From positions 1,736,001 through 1,800,000 of the forward strand of contig JAUFOQ010000017.1 in the NCBI GenBank assembly GCA_040285855.1: DNA of 64,000 nt, given 5' to 3'. Below, in pieces: positions 1 to 11,642 of this stretch (within the stretch, counting starts at the first letter, position 1; each line of letters begins with the position of its first letter). Under the pieces are notes generated by a model. The model saw nothing but the letters and a program-made list of their open reading frames with translations. It was not told where the DNA came from and made no database searches. The translations under genes and the position numbers were made by a program. This DNA comes from Eukaryota sp. GEM-RC1 (taxonomy: Eukaryota).

Positions 1-254
1 TGTGTTACAGATCTTGTGTTTCAAATGTTGTATTACAGATCTTGTAAAACACATTTTGTGTTACAGAAAGCACTTGTAGTTTTGTAAATTCTAATATAAA
101 ATAGTCAACAATTCAAAAGATCGAAGGTGTTCTTTTCAGTCAACTCTAGACATTAATAGTGAATATCTTTCTTGGCTGGGTTAACACATTGATTAGTGAA
201 GACAGATAAGAGTCATGTCTAGGTCAACAATTCATTACACATACGACACTTTCA

Positions 255-344
255 TTACAAATGTTGTAGTTACAAATGTTGTATCACCAAATGTTGTAGT
301 TACAAATGTTGTATCACCAAATGTTGTATCACCAAATGTTGTAC
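255..344. repeat. Tandem minisatellite, six 15-bp units (TTACAAATGTTGTAG / CACCAAATGTTGTAT variants)
   Basis: Six consecutive 15-nt units sharing AAATGTTGTA are read directly; related TTACAGATCTTGT units occur at 1-70. Confidence 0.85.
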
Positions 345-809
345 ATGTAGTTATAACTTGGTGTCTTTGTGTCTTCTGATGAATGAAGCTTCATGGACTT
401 GATGTCGTTGACCTTAGTCTCATTCCAGATAGCATCTGATAGAATTGAAAAATGCAGTCAAAAATGACTGAAGACACAGCAGTGTATTACACGATCAGAG
501 TTGTAGCAAACCAGCAGAGTTGTAGCAAACCTTAGTGTTTTCCTTTGGAGGATAAGATGTCAATGTGATGTATGTGTAGTAGGATGGTTCTAGTTGCACA
601 ACGTTGAGTTTATTCATGACATGGTTGAACACAGTTCACAAGTCTAAGAACGAACACCTGCAAACACGTCTCTATCTTGAAAGAAGCTCAACACTGGATA
701 TCAAACGATGTATGGAATCCATCAAAGAAGGTATAAGTGAATCAGTTTGGGGATATGTGGTTATGGGGTGAAGAGTTTTTGGGGTAAAATGATTTTGGGG
801 AGTATGCAC

Positions 810-1511
810 TAGGGTTGTCAATGACTTGACTCAAGTCGTAAGTCGATTGACTTGAGTCAAGTCATTTCCAAGTCAAGTCATTTTTTCCGTTTGACTCAAG
901 TCAAAGTCAAGTCGACTTGATATTTTCCAAGTCGAGTCATTTGACTTGACTTGTAAGTAATGTCGCTTTTTTTTTAGACGGCGGGCAACTGAAAATCAGT
1001 GTAAGATGCTCAAATACTGCAACTTTTTAAGTCATTAGTAAATAAACCAGACATCGTGAAGGTGATGATTCGTTCCATTCTTTAACCCTGTTAGAGGACT
1101 GGTTGGACAAGGGTTATGATATGTTAGAAGTCCGTAGTGATGACGAAGACGAAGACGTTGGTCAGCATATTGGTGAAGTTGTGGTCTAGTACTAAATCAT
1201 AATACTAAGTATCATTTATAGTTAGTGTCTGTTAGTTATTAACTTCTGCAAATGCATTTATTTCACTGACTGATTATAAACCCCGTTTTTTTTTCATTTA
1301 TACTTATTTATACTAATAAATTGATGTTAAACTATGATGAGCATTGGTTAATGATGCATTTCTATCACCCAAGTCATTATACAAGTCAAGTCATTTTGCT
1401 CAAGTCGACTTGGTACGATTTGACTTGACTTGATGAATGACTCAAGTCAAAGTCAAGTCGACTTGGGAATTTCAAAGTCAAGTCAATCGACTTGAGTCAT
1501 TGACAACCCTA
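810..1511. mobile_element. hAT-type non-autonomous DNA transposon (MITE)
   Basis: Perfect 17-bp TIR TAGGGTTGTCAATGACT; 8-bp TSD GTATGCAC at 802-809 and 1512-1519; dense subterminal GACTT/AAGTC repeats; an internal remnant (~1045-1190, ...DWLDKG...DDEDED) resembles a transposase C-terminus. Confidence 0.92.
1221..1293 (+). mobile_element. Short 5'-truncated copy of the CRE-like family A 3' end, inserted in the hAT MITE
   Basis: Matches 11549-11622 with 2 mismatches, ends in CCCCG(T)9, and is flanked by TSD TCATTTATA (1212-1220, 1294-1302). Confidence 0.88.
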
Positions 1512-1849
1512 GTATGCACCCCAAATGAATTGTACTAGTGTTTTGTCTTAATTATACTAGTTGGTTATGAGCAAAACGACTTAACAGATACTATCAAACA
1601 TTAATGACAGCTAAAATATAGATTTGACTGGACCTCGCCAACAACAATATACTCTGTGTTACACCAAGTGTTTTATTTGAGATAACATGTTTCAAACATG
1701 GTTGTTATGTATCGTACATAGTCATGTTGATGTTCAATCGACTGATTTTCGTAATGATTTAAGATAAAAGTTGTATTAAAAAACTGTTAAGTCTCTTTTT
1801 CAAACCCTGTTTGAAGGAAGAAAACAGGTAATAAACATACCTTGGTCGG

Positions 1850-2230
1850 TATAAAACGACCTGTAAAATCTAAACTTTCATAATGTTGCATTAAATGATT
1901 TTGGAGCTTCTTCAAAGCAAGTTTTGAAGACAAAATTTTACGACCCGGAATTTTTTCTTAACTGTTTTCACATAATTGTCTTATATTATCAACAACACTG
2001 AAGTGTACATACAGCAAATAATTACTATCCATAGCATCAACAAAAATGAAAGACCCGTCAAGACCATGAAATATGACATCACCACCACGACTTTTTCCTA
2101 TCTTCAAAACTTCAAAGAGAGTACATTGTATTTGTATTGAACTTACTTCGTGTGCCTTGAAATTGAAGATCTCAGTCGTTGTTAATGGAGACAGTGTAAT
2201 TATTGTTATTAATTGAGTGACTCGAATCAA
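1850..2230 (-). pseudogene. Degenerate fragments of a CRE-like retrotransposon endonuclease region
   Basis: ORF peptide SRGGDVIFHGLDGSFIFVD resembles the R.D...D restriction-like endonuclease core of the other copies; a HYESLDF piece resembles family A FHESLDF. Confidence 0.45.
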
Positions 2231-2412
2231 AATTCTGGTTCTTTCCTATTCTGAATACCCATAACAACTCTTTGAAATTCGGTCTTGATCCAAACATTCT
2301 AGGTGTACTTGTCATTTTCTTTTTTTACAGTAAAAGATATTGTTGATGTTCTAGTTCTGTTCTTGAGCAATTTCAATTTCATTATTAAAGACACGGGTTA
2401 GAGGTCAAGATT

Positions 2413-2895
2413 TTGCTATACCCATATTCTGTAGTAGTCTTTTCTGTCCCCACATTACATACATTTACCAATGTATTGCTTGACGATGTTTGTAAGAAAA
2501 GTTGTGACAAATTTCTAGTAGTTACAAAGGAAGTATCACCTCTAGACATTGCAGAAAATAACAAGCAAAGAAAGTACATGTATGCTGATCCACTTGAAGA
2601 TCTGAAATACATTGTTCATGTTGAATATTCACTTGTCCCATTTGCGATTTCTATGTATGGTCGTTTGGGTAAATTAGCCATGAAGTTCTTATATAATTTT
2701 ACAAAGGTTGTTGCTCGTAGAACTAACAAAATATTTGACCCCACTTTTTGGCAGAACAGAATTGGCTTTACAATTCTAAAAGCAGTTCCCACAATGATTT
2801 CGGAAGCTTTATTATCCGTCAGTGTGCATTACGAAGACAAAGCTTCAACAAGGTTTGATTCTAAGGAATCTTGCTTTGATGATATTGAGTTTTAG
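2413..2895 (+). mobile_element. 3' fragment of a CRE-like non-LTR retrotransposon (endonuclease C-terminus)
   Basis: SPLDIAENNKQRKY...VPFAISMYGRLG...FWQNRI parallels AEKLKHTKY...QPFAVSLFGSI...WKNRI in the longer copies. Confidence 0.75.
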
Positions 2896-3002
2896 ACTAT
2901 GTATTTCATTATATTTGCCATAAAAACCATTGAACTAAAAATGTATTGCTTTCACATGAAAAAAGTGACAAAAAAAAAGAATTTACTGCGAATCGATCTG
3001 AA

Positions 3003-3722
3003 TCAACAATGATCAGGAACAATGAACTTAGGATCAATAGATTCTATAATCACGTGATTTGTTAGATAGGAACATTCTTGTCCAGGAGTAGTCCAAAAAC
3101 TATCTTCGCACAGTTCTAAAACAAACCCATCATCTGTTATGCAGTTGGTGACGTTGTCCTTCCAACTATTCAGATACACATACCGATCACATGAAACACC
3201 TCCAATAACATCAGTATCAACAATAGTGAAGCCTTCAGAAGGCAATTGCAGGTGTTCAAGAAAATTGTTCAGCCTCCAAGCGATACGTTCAGTACATGTT
3301 GATTCATCGAAGATAAATTGTTCTGCATCTTTCACGATCTCTTGTTTGTCATCAACTTCTCTCCACAAAATAGACGAATCAAGGTTGAAACGAGCATTGG
3401 CAAAGGTTTCTCCTTCTCGTTCCAAAGTAGCAGCAAAGTAAAGTTCTTGAGGCGGTAACTCCGGTGTCTGGTCAGAATCTTTCTTATTCATCAGAACTAC
3501 AACTACAACAGCAGCAAGCATGAGAACAGCCAGGGTGATAGTAGCCCTGACTATGAGCTTGGTATTCTTCTGAGATTTATACTGGGGTGTTTCAGCTTGA
3601 ACGGGAATACAAACCGAATGAAGATCGTTGGCAGTCATTTGACGAAGTGGAAAATCTTGTTTATGATCTCTTTCTTTTCTAAAGGTGGGAGTTTTGATTG
3701 ACCCGACTTTCTCCTGAGTCAA
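3003..3722 (-). CDS. Uncharacterised type II membrane protein with a Cys-containing lumenal domain (start uncertain)
   Basis: 239-codon ORF with one hydrophobic segment (ATITLAVLMLAAVVVVVLM) followed by a beta-rich domain containing IGGVSCDRY; the ORF-track start is TTG. Confidence 0.6.
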   Translation of the reverse strand: MTQEKVGSIKTPTFRKERDHKQDFPLRQMTANDLHSVCIPVQAETPQYKSQKNTKLIVRATITLAVLMLAAVVVVVLMNKKDSDQTPELPPQELYFAATLEREGETFANARFNLDSSILWREVDDKQEIVKDAEQFIFDESTCTERIAWRLNNFLEHLQLPSEGFTIVDTDVIGGVSCDRYVYLNSWKDNVTNCITDDGFVLELCEDSFWTTPGQECSYLTNHVIIESIDPKFIVPDHC

Positions 3723-3927
3723 AGAACGTCATAGAGTACGGATATAGATTTAGATTATTGTTTGCTTAATATCGTGTTGTTATTTCATTTTTGGATTGTT
3801 GTTGGTATCGGATATCAGGACAACATACTAAAAGTACGTAAAAGTAGTAAGTAGAGGTGAACAGAGTGTGGTGTTTCAATAAGTTGAGTTTTTATAATTT
3901 TACAAAGATTAATATTTTTAAAATACA

Positions 3928-5712
3928 CTAAAAATCACTCGAATTTTGAATACTTTCCATAACATACGTAGACAGCAACTCCTCCTTCTCCTTCAATAAT
4001 GACATTAGTCTGGATTTTTCCGATTGAACTAGGTTGAGCTCTTCTCGAGTGCCAGTCAATTGGTCGGTCAATTGGGGTATACAATCCAAAAGCTGTTGAA
4101 GCTCTTCATCTTTTTCCGTTAGAGCATTGTTTAGATCACTAATCATTTCTGATTGATTGACATGATCTGATTGGAAGCACTCATTTAGATTTCGACTGTT
4201 TTGCAGTTCCTGCTCCGAAAAACTCAACTTTTGTTTTAACTTTGAAATAGATTCATTTTGGTCAACAACCATTGCTTCCAATTTCTCGTTATTAGAGCGT
4301 AACAAACGTTCAGACTTTGCAATTTTACGATAATTTTGCTCAATGCCTTCCAAAGTATCAGTCAAATCTGAATTTTCCTTCGACAACTTGGAAACGTGGC
4401 GGTCCAATCGGTCAACAGTAGAGCTCAATCCTTGATTTCTATCCCTAAGATCCTCAATCTCCTTTCTCATCTCAATTCCTGCTTCATTTGCCTTCTTTAT
4501 TCTACGTTGAAGAGCATTGCAAGTTTTACAACCCAAATCAATTGGTTCCTTCTCAGTCTGGGTAAACGTGGAAAAGGTATCAACATGACGTCGCTGATTG
4601 ACAGATGATTGTTGGTCTAAGGTGTCTCTCATTTGGTCTATTTGGTCATTGAGTTTCTGGATTTCGACCTCCATATTTTTGATCTTATTCTGATTACTAT
4701 AATCAAGTGCTTTCAGTTTCCCCTCAAGCGAATCTCGATGAACCAATACTGAATTGAGAGCAGATGATAACAAATCACGTGACTCAATCACTTTTGATTG
4801 ACTCCTAGTCAAACTCTTTCCTAAAGCAGCCATATCAGACAGTCGTTTGATTGCTAACGAACTAGCTGCATTCCAGGAAACCTTACCATCTTTAGCACTT
4901 CTAAAAGCATTAAGAACTGAATCAAACTTGAACTGATCAGAGATTGGCAGAGATGAAGCTAAAGGAGAAGATATAGAAGCAGATGCGATCGCATGAGTAA
5001 TGGACAAGGTGTCATCAAAATTAACAAAATCGAGTTCAACATCACGATTGGAAAGTGATTTTTTGATTGAAGTCACATCATGATTAGACAAAAATGTCTG
5101 ATTGAACTCTATTGAGGTCAGATTGGGATGTAGTTTCAAGAATTGAGGATCGGTCAGGACTGAAGTTGTCTTAGAGCCGATAGCTGAGTTTAAATAAGTG
5201 ATTGAGTTTATAGAAGGGGGGAGAGCAGTGGTGATGGCGGCAAAATGAGCATCAGAGACATGGAGGAATGATACTGATAATGAGAAGAGACGGGAGTGGG
5301 GAAGAGCAGAGGTCAGGTGTTCGAGATTGGAGAAATCAATGTTTGAGAGGTTAAGATACTTTATGAAAGTAGCAGATGATAGGAAGGAGGAAAATGAAGG
5401 CAGAAGTTTCACGTTGAGGAGAGTGAGGTCAGAAAGGGACAGAAAGGAGGATAATGTGGTGAAAAGATCATCAAAGGATTCTTCTGAAAGAGAATCTGAA
5501 AGAGACAGTTTCAGTGATTCAACACGTAACTTGATATCCGAAAGGGTTTTCAGAACAATAGACAACGATCGAGACAACAGTTGGTTAAAACAAAGGTCGA
5601 CGGTGACGAGACCAGATTCAGAAATCTCGCAAAAAACGTCATATACATAAGTTATGGGATCAATGCCAGCATCTGTGCAGTACTTAGAATAGGCATCCGC
5701 TAAGATTGGCAT
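3928..5712 (-). CDS. Leucine-rich-repeat (RNI-like) plus coiled-coil protein, LRRC45-like architecture
   Basis: 594-aa uninterrupted ORF; N-terminal YSKYC..AGIDP, LxxLxL repeats, long C-terminal heptad coiled coil. Confidence 0.7.
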   Translation of the reverse strand: MPILADAYSKYCTDAGIDPITYVYDVFCEISESGLVTVDLCFNQLLSRSLSIVLKTLSDIKLRVESLKLSLSDSLSEESFDDLFTTLSSFLSLSDLTLLNVKLLPSFSSFLSSATFIKYLNLSNIDFSNLEHLTSALPHSRLFSLSVSFLHVSDAHFAAITTALPPSINSITYLNSAIGSKTTSVLTDPQFLKLHPNLTSIEFNQTFLSNHDVTSIKKSLSNRDVELDFVNFDDTLSITHAIASASISSPLASSLPISDQFKFDSVLNAFRSAKDGKVSWNAASSLAIKRLSDMAALGKSLTRSQSKVIESRDLLSSALNSVLVHRDSLEGKLKALDYSNQNKIKNMEVEIQKLNDQIDQMRDTLDQQSSVNQRRHVDTFSTFTQTEKEPIDLGCKTCNALQRRIKKANEAGIEMRKEIEDLRDRNQGLSSTVDRLDRHVSKLSKENSDLTDTLEGIEQNYRKIAKSERLLRSNNEKLEAMVVDQNESISKLKQKLSFSEQELQNSRNLNECFQSDHVNQSEMISDLNNALTEKDEELQQLLDCIPQLTDQLTGTREELNLVQSEKSRLMSLLKEKEELLSTYVMESIQNSSDF

Positions 5713-5762
5713 AACTTAGCTTGAAAATACAAAACTCTAAGTAAAACTCTTTTTGCTTGAAA

Positions 5763-6455
5763 ATGCACTCTTCTGAAGATGAATCTGAACAGTTCCGTTT
5801 TAAGGTTATATTACTGGGAGATGGTGCTGTAGGTAAGACATCTACTGTTTATCGTTTTGTTGATGACTACTTTGCCAAATCCTACAAACAGACGGTGGGA
5901 TTAGACTTTTTCTCAAGGCATATCGACTTTCCTAATGATGTAAGAGTCACTTTACAACTGTGGGATATCGGTGGACAGACTATTGGATCTAAAATGCTGT
6001 CTCGTTACATTTATGGTTCTCACGCTGTAATTCTCTGCTATGACATCACCAATCTTCAAAGCTTTCACAATCTACAAGACTGGCTTTCCATTGTTAGAAG
6101 TAGTTTTGGAGATGAGCCTCTTCCAACCCTTGTTCTTGTAGGTACAAAAACTGACTTAGCTCATATGCGGATGGTAAAACCATCTATACACAGTCAATTT
6201 GCCTCTGAAAATCAAATGTCTTCCTTCTTTTTGTCAGCTAAAACAAGTGACAATGTTCATTCTGTATTCCACCGTATTGCTGCAGATCTGGCTCAAATAC
6301 CTCTTTCAAAAGTAGATATTGAAGGTGCTTCGGTTTGTTCTTTTTTCTTTTTTTAATAATCTTAGAAAGTAGTCCCGGCTCAAATTGTGAACCATCCTGT
6401 CGACAATCAACAAGTCGAAAGTTCTAAGGGAAAGGGATCATGTTTGATTCAGTAG
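5763..6455 (+). CDS. RAB28: Rab28 small GTPase; exons 5763-6332 and 6366-6455
   Basis: GDGAVGKT, YKQTVGLDFF and WDIGGQTIGSKML motifs; removing the 33-nt intron 6333-6365 gives KVVPAQIVNH...SCLIQ* with a CAAX end. Confidence 0.9.
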
Positions 6456-6619
6456 TTTTCAGTTTCGGCCTTTTATTTCTGCTTTTGTATATGCTATTCG
6501 CTTCTTATTATCATTATCTTCGTACAAATTCTGTACTACATATAATTGAATAATAAATGTTGTACTCTGATGGATCTCAGCAATTAAAACGTCAAATGGC
6601 TCGATCTTATTAGTCTATA

Positions 6620-6843
6620 GCAGTCTATTGTATTCATTAATGGATTTTACAATAGTTGATGTTTGTAACAAATCTGGTGTTAGTAGATTCTTCATTCAAT
6701 CCGTTAAGATACTTTTTTGGCCTCATAAAAGGAACTCACAGCTAATAATGCATTGGACATGATTAGGTCAGTTGTTTTAAAAATAGTTTGTTTGTGCAAA
6801 TTTAAATTTTCGTAGGAAGGTTACCCTTTTGGGTATCGAATAA
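6620..6843 (+). mobile_element. Internally deleted 3' remnant of CRE-like family B
   Basis: TTAATGGATTTTAC..GATGTTTGTAACAAATCT matches ~22592-22640; it ends in the family B terminal motif GGTTACCCTTTTGGGTATCGAATAA. Confidence 0.7.
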
Positions 6844-7125
6844 TCTATTGTTTAGTTGCTCGATTTGTCATAATTCTATTGAGAAATGAATAAGATCCTA
6901 CAGATCCTATGTATGATCTTCGGTTTGAAAATCATACAATGTAATTTGATTTAACTCTTTTGTGAGCCTACTAGTAACTAAAAATTGGAAAGCGATTAAA
7001 AAATACCCGTTTTGAAAAGTGTAGGATCAATTTGGCCATCGTTAATTAAAGTAATGTATCAAAATCCACAACAGTAAGACAAAATGATTACAAAGTGTTT
7101 ATGTACTTACAAGAAATAAATGAGC

Positions 7126-8493
7126 TTAATGGCAGAGTTCCGCTGCAGCTTGGCGAATGACATCGGGATGGATGTTCATGTTACAGAAATGGGCGAAAAC
7201 CTTCATATATCTCATACCATAATCGTTGACAACACCGCAATGTTGGGTGAAGTTTTCGATTGTTTGTTGATAACATTCATGGTTAATCTTGGTATAATCA
7301 AGAAGGCCAGTTGCCTTGAGATTTGGTGCAACAAGATCGACTAATCCAGAGAAAAGAGAGTCAGTCCAGTCACGTCTGCGGCTTTCGGCATTAATGAGAG
7401 TCTTGAGGCGGGATCTTTCAGATTGGCAGTTTGATTCATCATAAGCACGTTCCAGAGTTTTAAGTTTAAGATCATAGGTGTTCATAATCTCATAATTGAC
7501 ATTGGAGTTAGCTTTGTTGGACTTGGGCTTAAGGTTCTTTCCACGGAATCCAGGAGCAGCGAAGTAGTTGCTCAAGGGTTCTTGTGCAATAGTCATGTTA
7601 CCGTATTGTTGAGGATGGGAAGAAGTGACCTTTCTCAAGATGACGTTATCAAATTGTTCTTGCATGGTACGGTCAACACCGTTTTCATCAATGTCTTCCA
7701 TATAGGTGATGGAGTAAAGATCACCAAGATAGGCACTGACCATAGAATCATAGTAATAAGCGTAACTGGATTCGAAGGGATTAGCAGCGGTTGTTGCGTA
7801 TACATTCATCTTAGCCATTTCATCGGACCAATCAACGTACATAGAACCAGATTCGCAAGCTTCTGTGTAGAAGACCATTTTGTTATATCTTGAGTTAGAG
7901 ATAGAAAGCATGAACTAACCTCTTATTCTTGAACATATATTCAACAGTTTCTCTGAGAGGCTTAACATAGAGATATCCACCAGCAGGGAAAGCGACGAGA
8001 CCGGGAGCTCCACTAAATTGAGAATACTGAATAAAACAAACTGGTCAAAGAACAACCAAAGCACGTTATCCTCAGCGGTAGATTCAACGACACGCCCACT
8101 TCCGCCTTTAACCTTGTCCTTTTGACCAGAAAGTACGGCCAAGAAGTTAGCAGCGGTACAGTCATTACCAGTATAGTCCATAGGAATATCAACGAAGTAG
8201 TTGATGTGATCTGGGTTGTTGTAAACCTCTCCTTTAACGGGATTACGGGCGTTGAAGGGGACATCATTGTATTGCATAACAATCATGTGTTCGTCTTGGT
8301 ATCCGTTTTCACGCAACATTTGGACAGCATGGTACACATCTCAGATTAAACAGACATAAAGTAACATACCAGATTGATGACGGTAGTTGGAGTAACCATT
8401 AGAACCGGAAACAATTACTACCCAGTTACGGGGTTCAGCAACTGCTAAGCTCAAGACGCAAGCAACAAAAACGAGAACAGCGAAGGTCTTCAT
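7126..8493 (-). CDS. LGMN: Legumain / asparaginyl endopeptidase (peptidase C13), three introns (8369-8340, 8041-8013, 7919-7889)
   Basis: Signal peptide and GSNGYSNYRHQ; splicing restores NYRHQSDVYHA, catalytic DHGAPG and EACESGSM; introns of 30, 29 and 31 nt are all GT-AG. Confidence 0.93.
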
Positions 8494-9049
8494 ATTGGAT
8501 CAAAAATGTTGATGAGGCGATTTTGTTTTTTCTTTCTGTCCCTGTCGTTTAGATTGGTTCAAAATCGTGGAACTATGATTTAACTTTCGGATTGATATAG
8601 CCTGAATTCACGTCTTTAATAATGTCAAAAGCAAAATGAATTGTGACAAACTGTGGATCATGTTTTGGCATCATTTGCTACGTTCACTCTTTTAATACGA
8701 GCAGGATTTGGGTTGTCATCAACACTATTCTCATTGAATTGAAAACGTAACAATTTTCTAGGCACAAATATGTGCCATACTTCAGAGCAGAGCCCACGGA
8801 AAAATATTTAAATAAAATACGGCAAACTTTCTCTTGAATAAATCAATATGAGATATTGCAGATGAACAAAATATATAATTGCAATTATTTAAATTATTTA
8901 TTCAATGGAAACAAGGATGATACAACATTTCACAAACGTGATCTAACACGAACACTGCTACCTCTCCAGGTTTTGTGTGTTCTTATCGCTTCCCAGATAG
9001 GTTTCAATTAACAAGGAATGATTTTAGTGTAAACACATGGTTCTATTCA

Positions 9050-9220
9050 AAAACCGATTTATTCGGTCCAACATTATTTCCCACCATCTTTTTCGGAGAA
9101 AGTTGGTGTTTGTTTATTTACTATAATATACCGAAATAAAATGGCGCAATTTCTGAGTCTCCTGACAAAAACACCAACATTATTTCCCACCATTTTTATT
9201 CGGTCCAATATTTTTCGGAA
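9050..9220. repeat. Shuffled short direct/inverted repeats upstream of tRNA-Asp (probable transposon end remnant)
   Basis: CCAACATTATTTCCCACCAT twice, TTTATTCGGTCCAA twice, and inverted GTTGGTGTTT/AAACACCAAC. Confidence 0.5.
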
Positions 9221-9234
9221 CACGAAATGCGTAA

Positions 9235-9306
9235 TCGGTCATAGTATAGTGGTGAGTATCCCCGCCTGTCACGCGGGAGGCCGGGGTTCGATTCCCCGTG
9301 ACCGAG
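9235..9306 (+). tRNA. tRNA-Asp (GTC)
   Basis: Acceptor stem TCGGTCA/TGACCGA, anticodon arm CCCGC-CTGTCAC-GCGGG, T loop GGTTCGATTCC, T5 terminator just downstream. Confidence 0.96.
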
Positions 9307-9397
9307 TTGACTTTTTATATGAAAGAAAAAGAGAGAGCTGTCATTTGTGTTGGATTGCAATATGTACTTCAATTAGTTACCATTTTGAGGATCTTAT

Positions 9398-11618
9398 TCT
9401 CATTTTGTTCACAACCACACAAATTTCCTCTTGCGTTGAAAAATAGTCGTTTAGTAGCTTTATCTAAACCGTGTAATGGTGTTCGAACAATTGCAATTGG
9501 CGAATGTGTGAGTAGATTATTTTCTTCTATCTGTTTTGATAGGGTGAAAAGTAAGGCTGTGGAATATTTCAGACCTTTTCAGTTTTGTATTGGAATTGTA
9601 GATGGTACAATAAGTGCTAGTTTAATGACTGACATCTTTTTAAATTCAAATGCAGAAAATTATGTATTGAACGTTGATTACAAAAATGCGTTCAATTGTG
9701 TTTATCGGTCACAGATTCACTTGGAACTGTTAGATCATTTTCCTGAATTACTGTCCTATTTTGAAATTATGTATGGTCATTCATCTGCATTAATTTTTCA
9801 CGAACATACAATTTCATCCACTCGTGGTGTGAAACAAGGTGATCCTTTGGGCCCTTTTCATTTTTTGTTTGCCGTTGCAAAGAATTCTTCGCAAATTCTC
9901 AAGCGAATTCCCAGGACTAAGGTTGAACTCTTATGCTGATGATACCTCGTTGGTTGGCCCTTTGGAAGTCATCAAATCGAGTTTTCCTCGTTTTGTTGAA
10001 TTGTCTTCCAGTATTGGTTTGTCAATTAATTTTCAAAAATGTCTTGTCATTGGACGTTCTTCAGTTGATTTGAATTTTGGGGAATCTTCCATTCCGTTTG
10101 TCAATTATTCAGATGAATGTGTCAAGTTTTTAGGCAATTATATTGGTAATGATGACAAAATTAAGGAGACTTTATCACATAAGAATAATTGTATCTTTCA
10201 GCAGCTTAACCAACTCGTTGATCTAGATGTAGGCAAACAAGTTTCTTTTACTATGCTGCAAGTTTGTTTTGGTGGTAAAATTAATCACTTTTTACGTGGT
10301 TTACCACCTGAACTAACTCTCGAATTATCTCGTAATTTTAATTCATTGCGCACAAATTTTGTTAGTTATCTGGTTGGTAACAAAGACTCTTCACTTCCTT
10401 CTCATTGTTTCACTTCTACTTCTTTTGGTGGTATTGGTTTCACGAAAGCTAAGTACATGCGTGATGGTGCCTTTTTGGGGTCTTAAAGAATTTCTTGTTT
10501 GAATTTCAGAATCGTTATCCTGTGTTATGGAAAACGAAAGATTTTTTACTTCACTCACCTTGTGCATGGTTAATTAGTCTTAAATTTAATTGATAGTCTT
10601 GACTCCAATTTGTGGTCAGAGTTATTTCCTGTTGGGGTAACAGAAATTCAGCAGAGAAGCATTTTCTCTTTGCCTTTGTGTGTTCGCAAGTTACAGAAGA
10701 AGTTTGTTTTGTTTCACGAAAGCTTGGACTTTAAAAACCGTATTAGCTTGGCTAAGACTAAGAGTCCCGCTTTTTGTGCATTTTTGAATGATATTTCTTC
10801 AAGCGCTGCGTCTTCATTTGTTTCTCGTTTGCCAAGAAAATTTTGTTTTAATCTTAAGGATCATGAATGGCTTATAAACATGAGACTAAGGTTAGGTTTA
10901 TGGCCTTCAGGTCTTTTAAAGCATTCTCGATGTCTTTGTGGTCGTTCAGAGGCTTCAATTCTTCATCATTTAGTTAACTGCCATCAATTTATTCATTTTC
11001 GATCAATAATCCACAACAGTATCCGGGATACATGTGTGGATATGTTTAAGGCTAATGGTTTTCATGGAAAAATTGAACCTTTACTTGCTAATCTTTCTGA
11101 TCAGCCAAAAGTTGATAGAAGTCGTGGTGATTTGATTGGTCCATGGTTATCTTGTCAGGAAATTATTATGGATTTCACGACTGTTGATCCTTGTAATTCA
11201 AGATCAATTTCCAAAATTATTGATGATGATTTTTCTGCTCTTGAAGTGGCTGAAAAAGGAAAAAATACAAAGTACTGTCACTTAATTAACCAATTGAATG
11301 TTGACAGGTACAATTCTTTTGTGTTTCAACCTTTTGCGATGTCGATATACGGTAATATTGGACCAGCTGCACAAGGTTTTTTAACTTCCTTTGGTAAATT
11401 GTGTTCTGAGTATGGGAAAGCTTTCAATGAAAATTTTTGGTTGAGTAGGTTAACGTTTGCGTTGTTTCGTTCAATGCACAGATATTTTAATTCAATTTTA
11501 GGTATGTTGTTCGGTGATGGACAGAAGGATCATAGTTTAGATACTTTAGTTAGTGTCTGTTAGTTATTAATTTCTGCAAATGCATTTATTTCACTGACTG
11601 ATCATAAACCCCGTTTTT
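9398..11618 (+). mobile_element. 5'-truncated CRE-clade non-LTR retrotransposon, family A (RT + Cys/His knuckle + restriction-like endonuclease), frameshifted
   Basis: SRLVALSKP..GVR.IAIGE, DYKNAFN, GVKQGDPLGP, YADD, HLVNC..HNSIRD, RGDL..DFT, AEKGK; TSD TTTTGAGGATCTTAT at 9383-9397 and 11619-11633. Confidence 0.9.
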
Positions 11619-11642
11619 TTTTGAGGATCTTATATTAATTAT

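Noticed and set aside
255..344. Regularly spaced repeats as a CRISPR array
   Set aside because: Units are contiguous 15-mers with no unique spacers, there are no cas genes, and the context is eukaryotic.
9141..9446. 101-aa ORF and the first ~33 codons of ORF 9298-9939
   Set aside because: They run across tRNA-Asp and flanking DNA outside the retroelement TSD; chance open frames.
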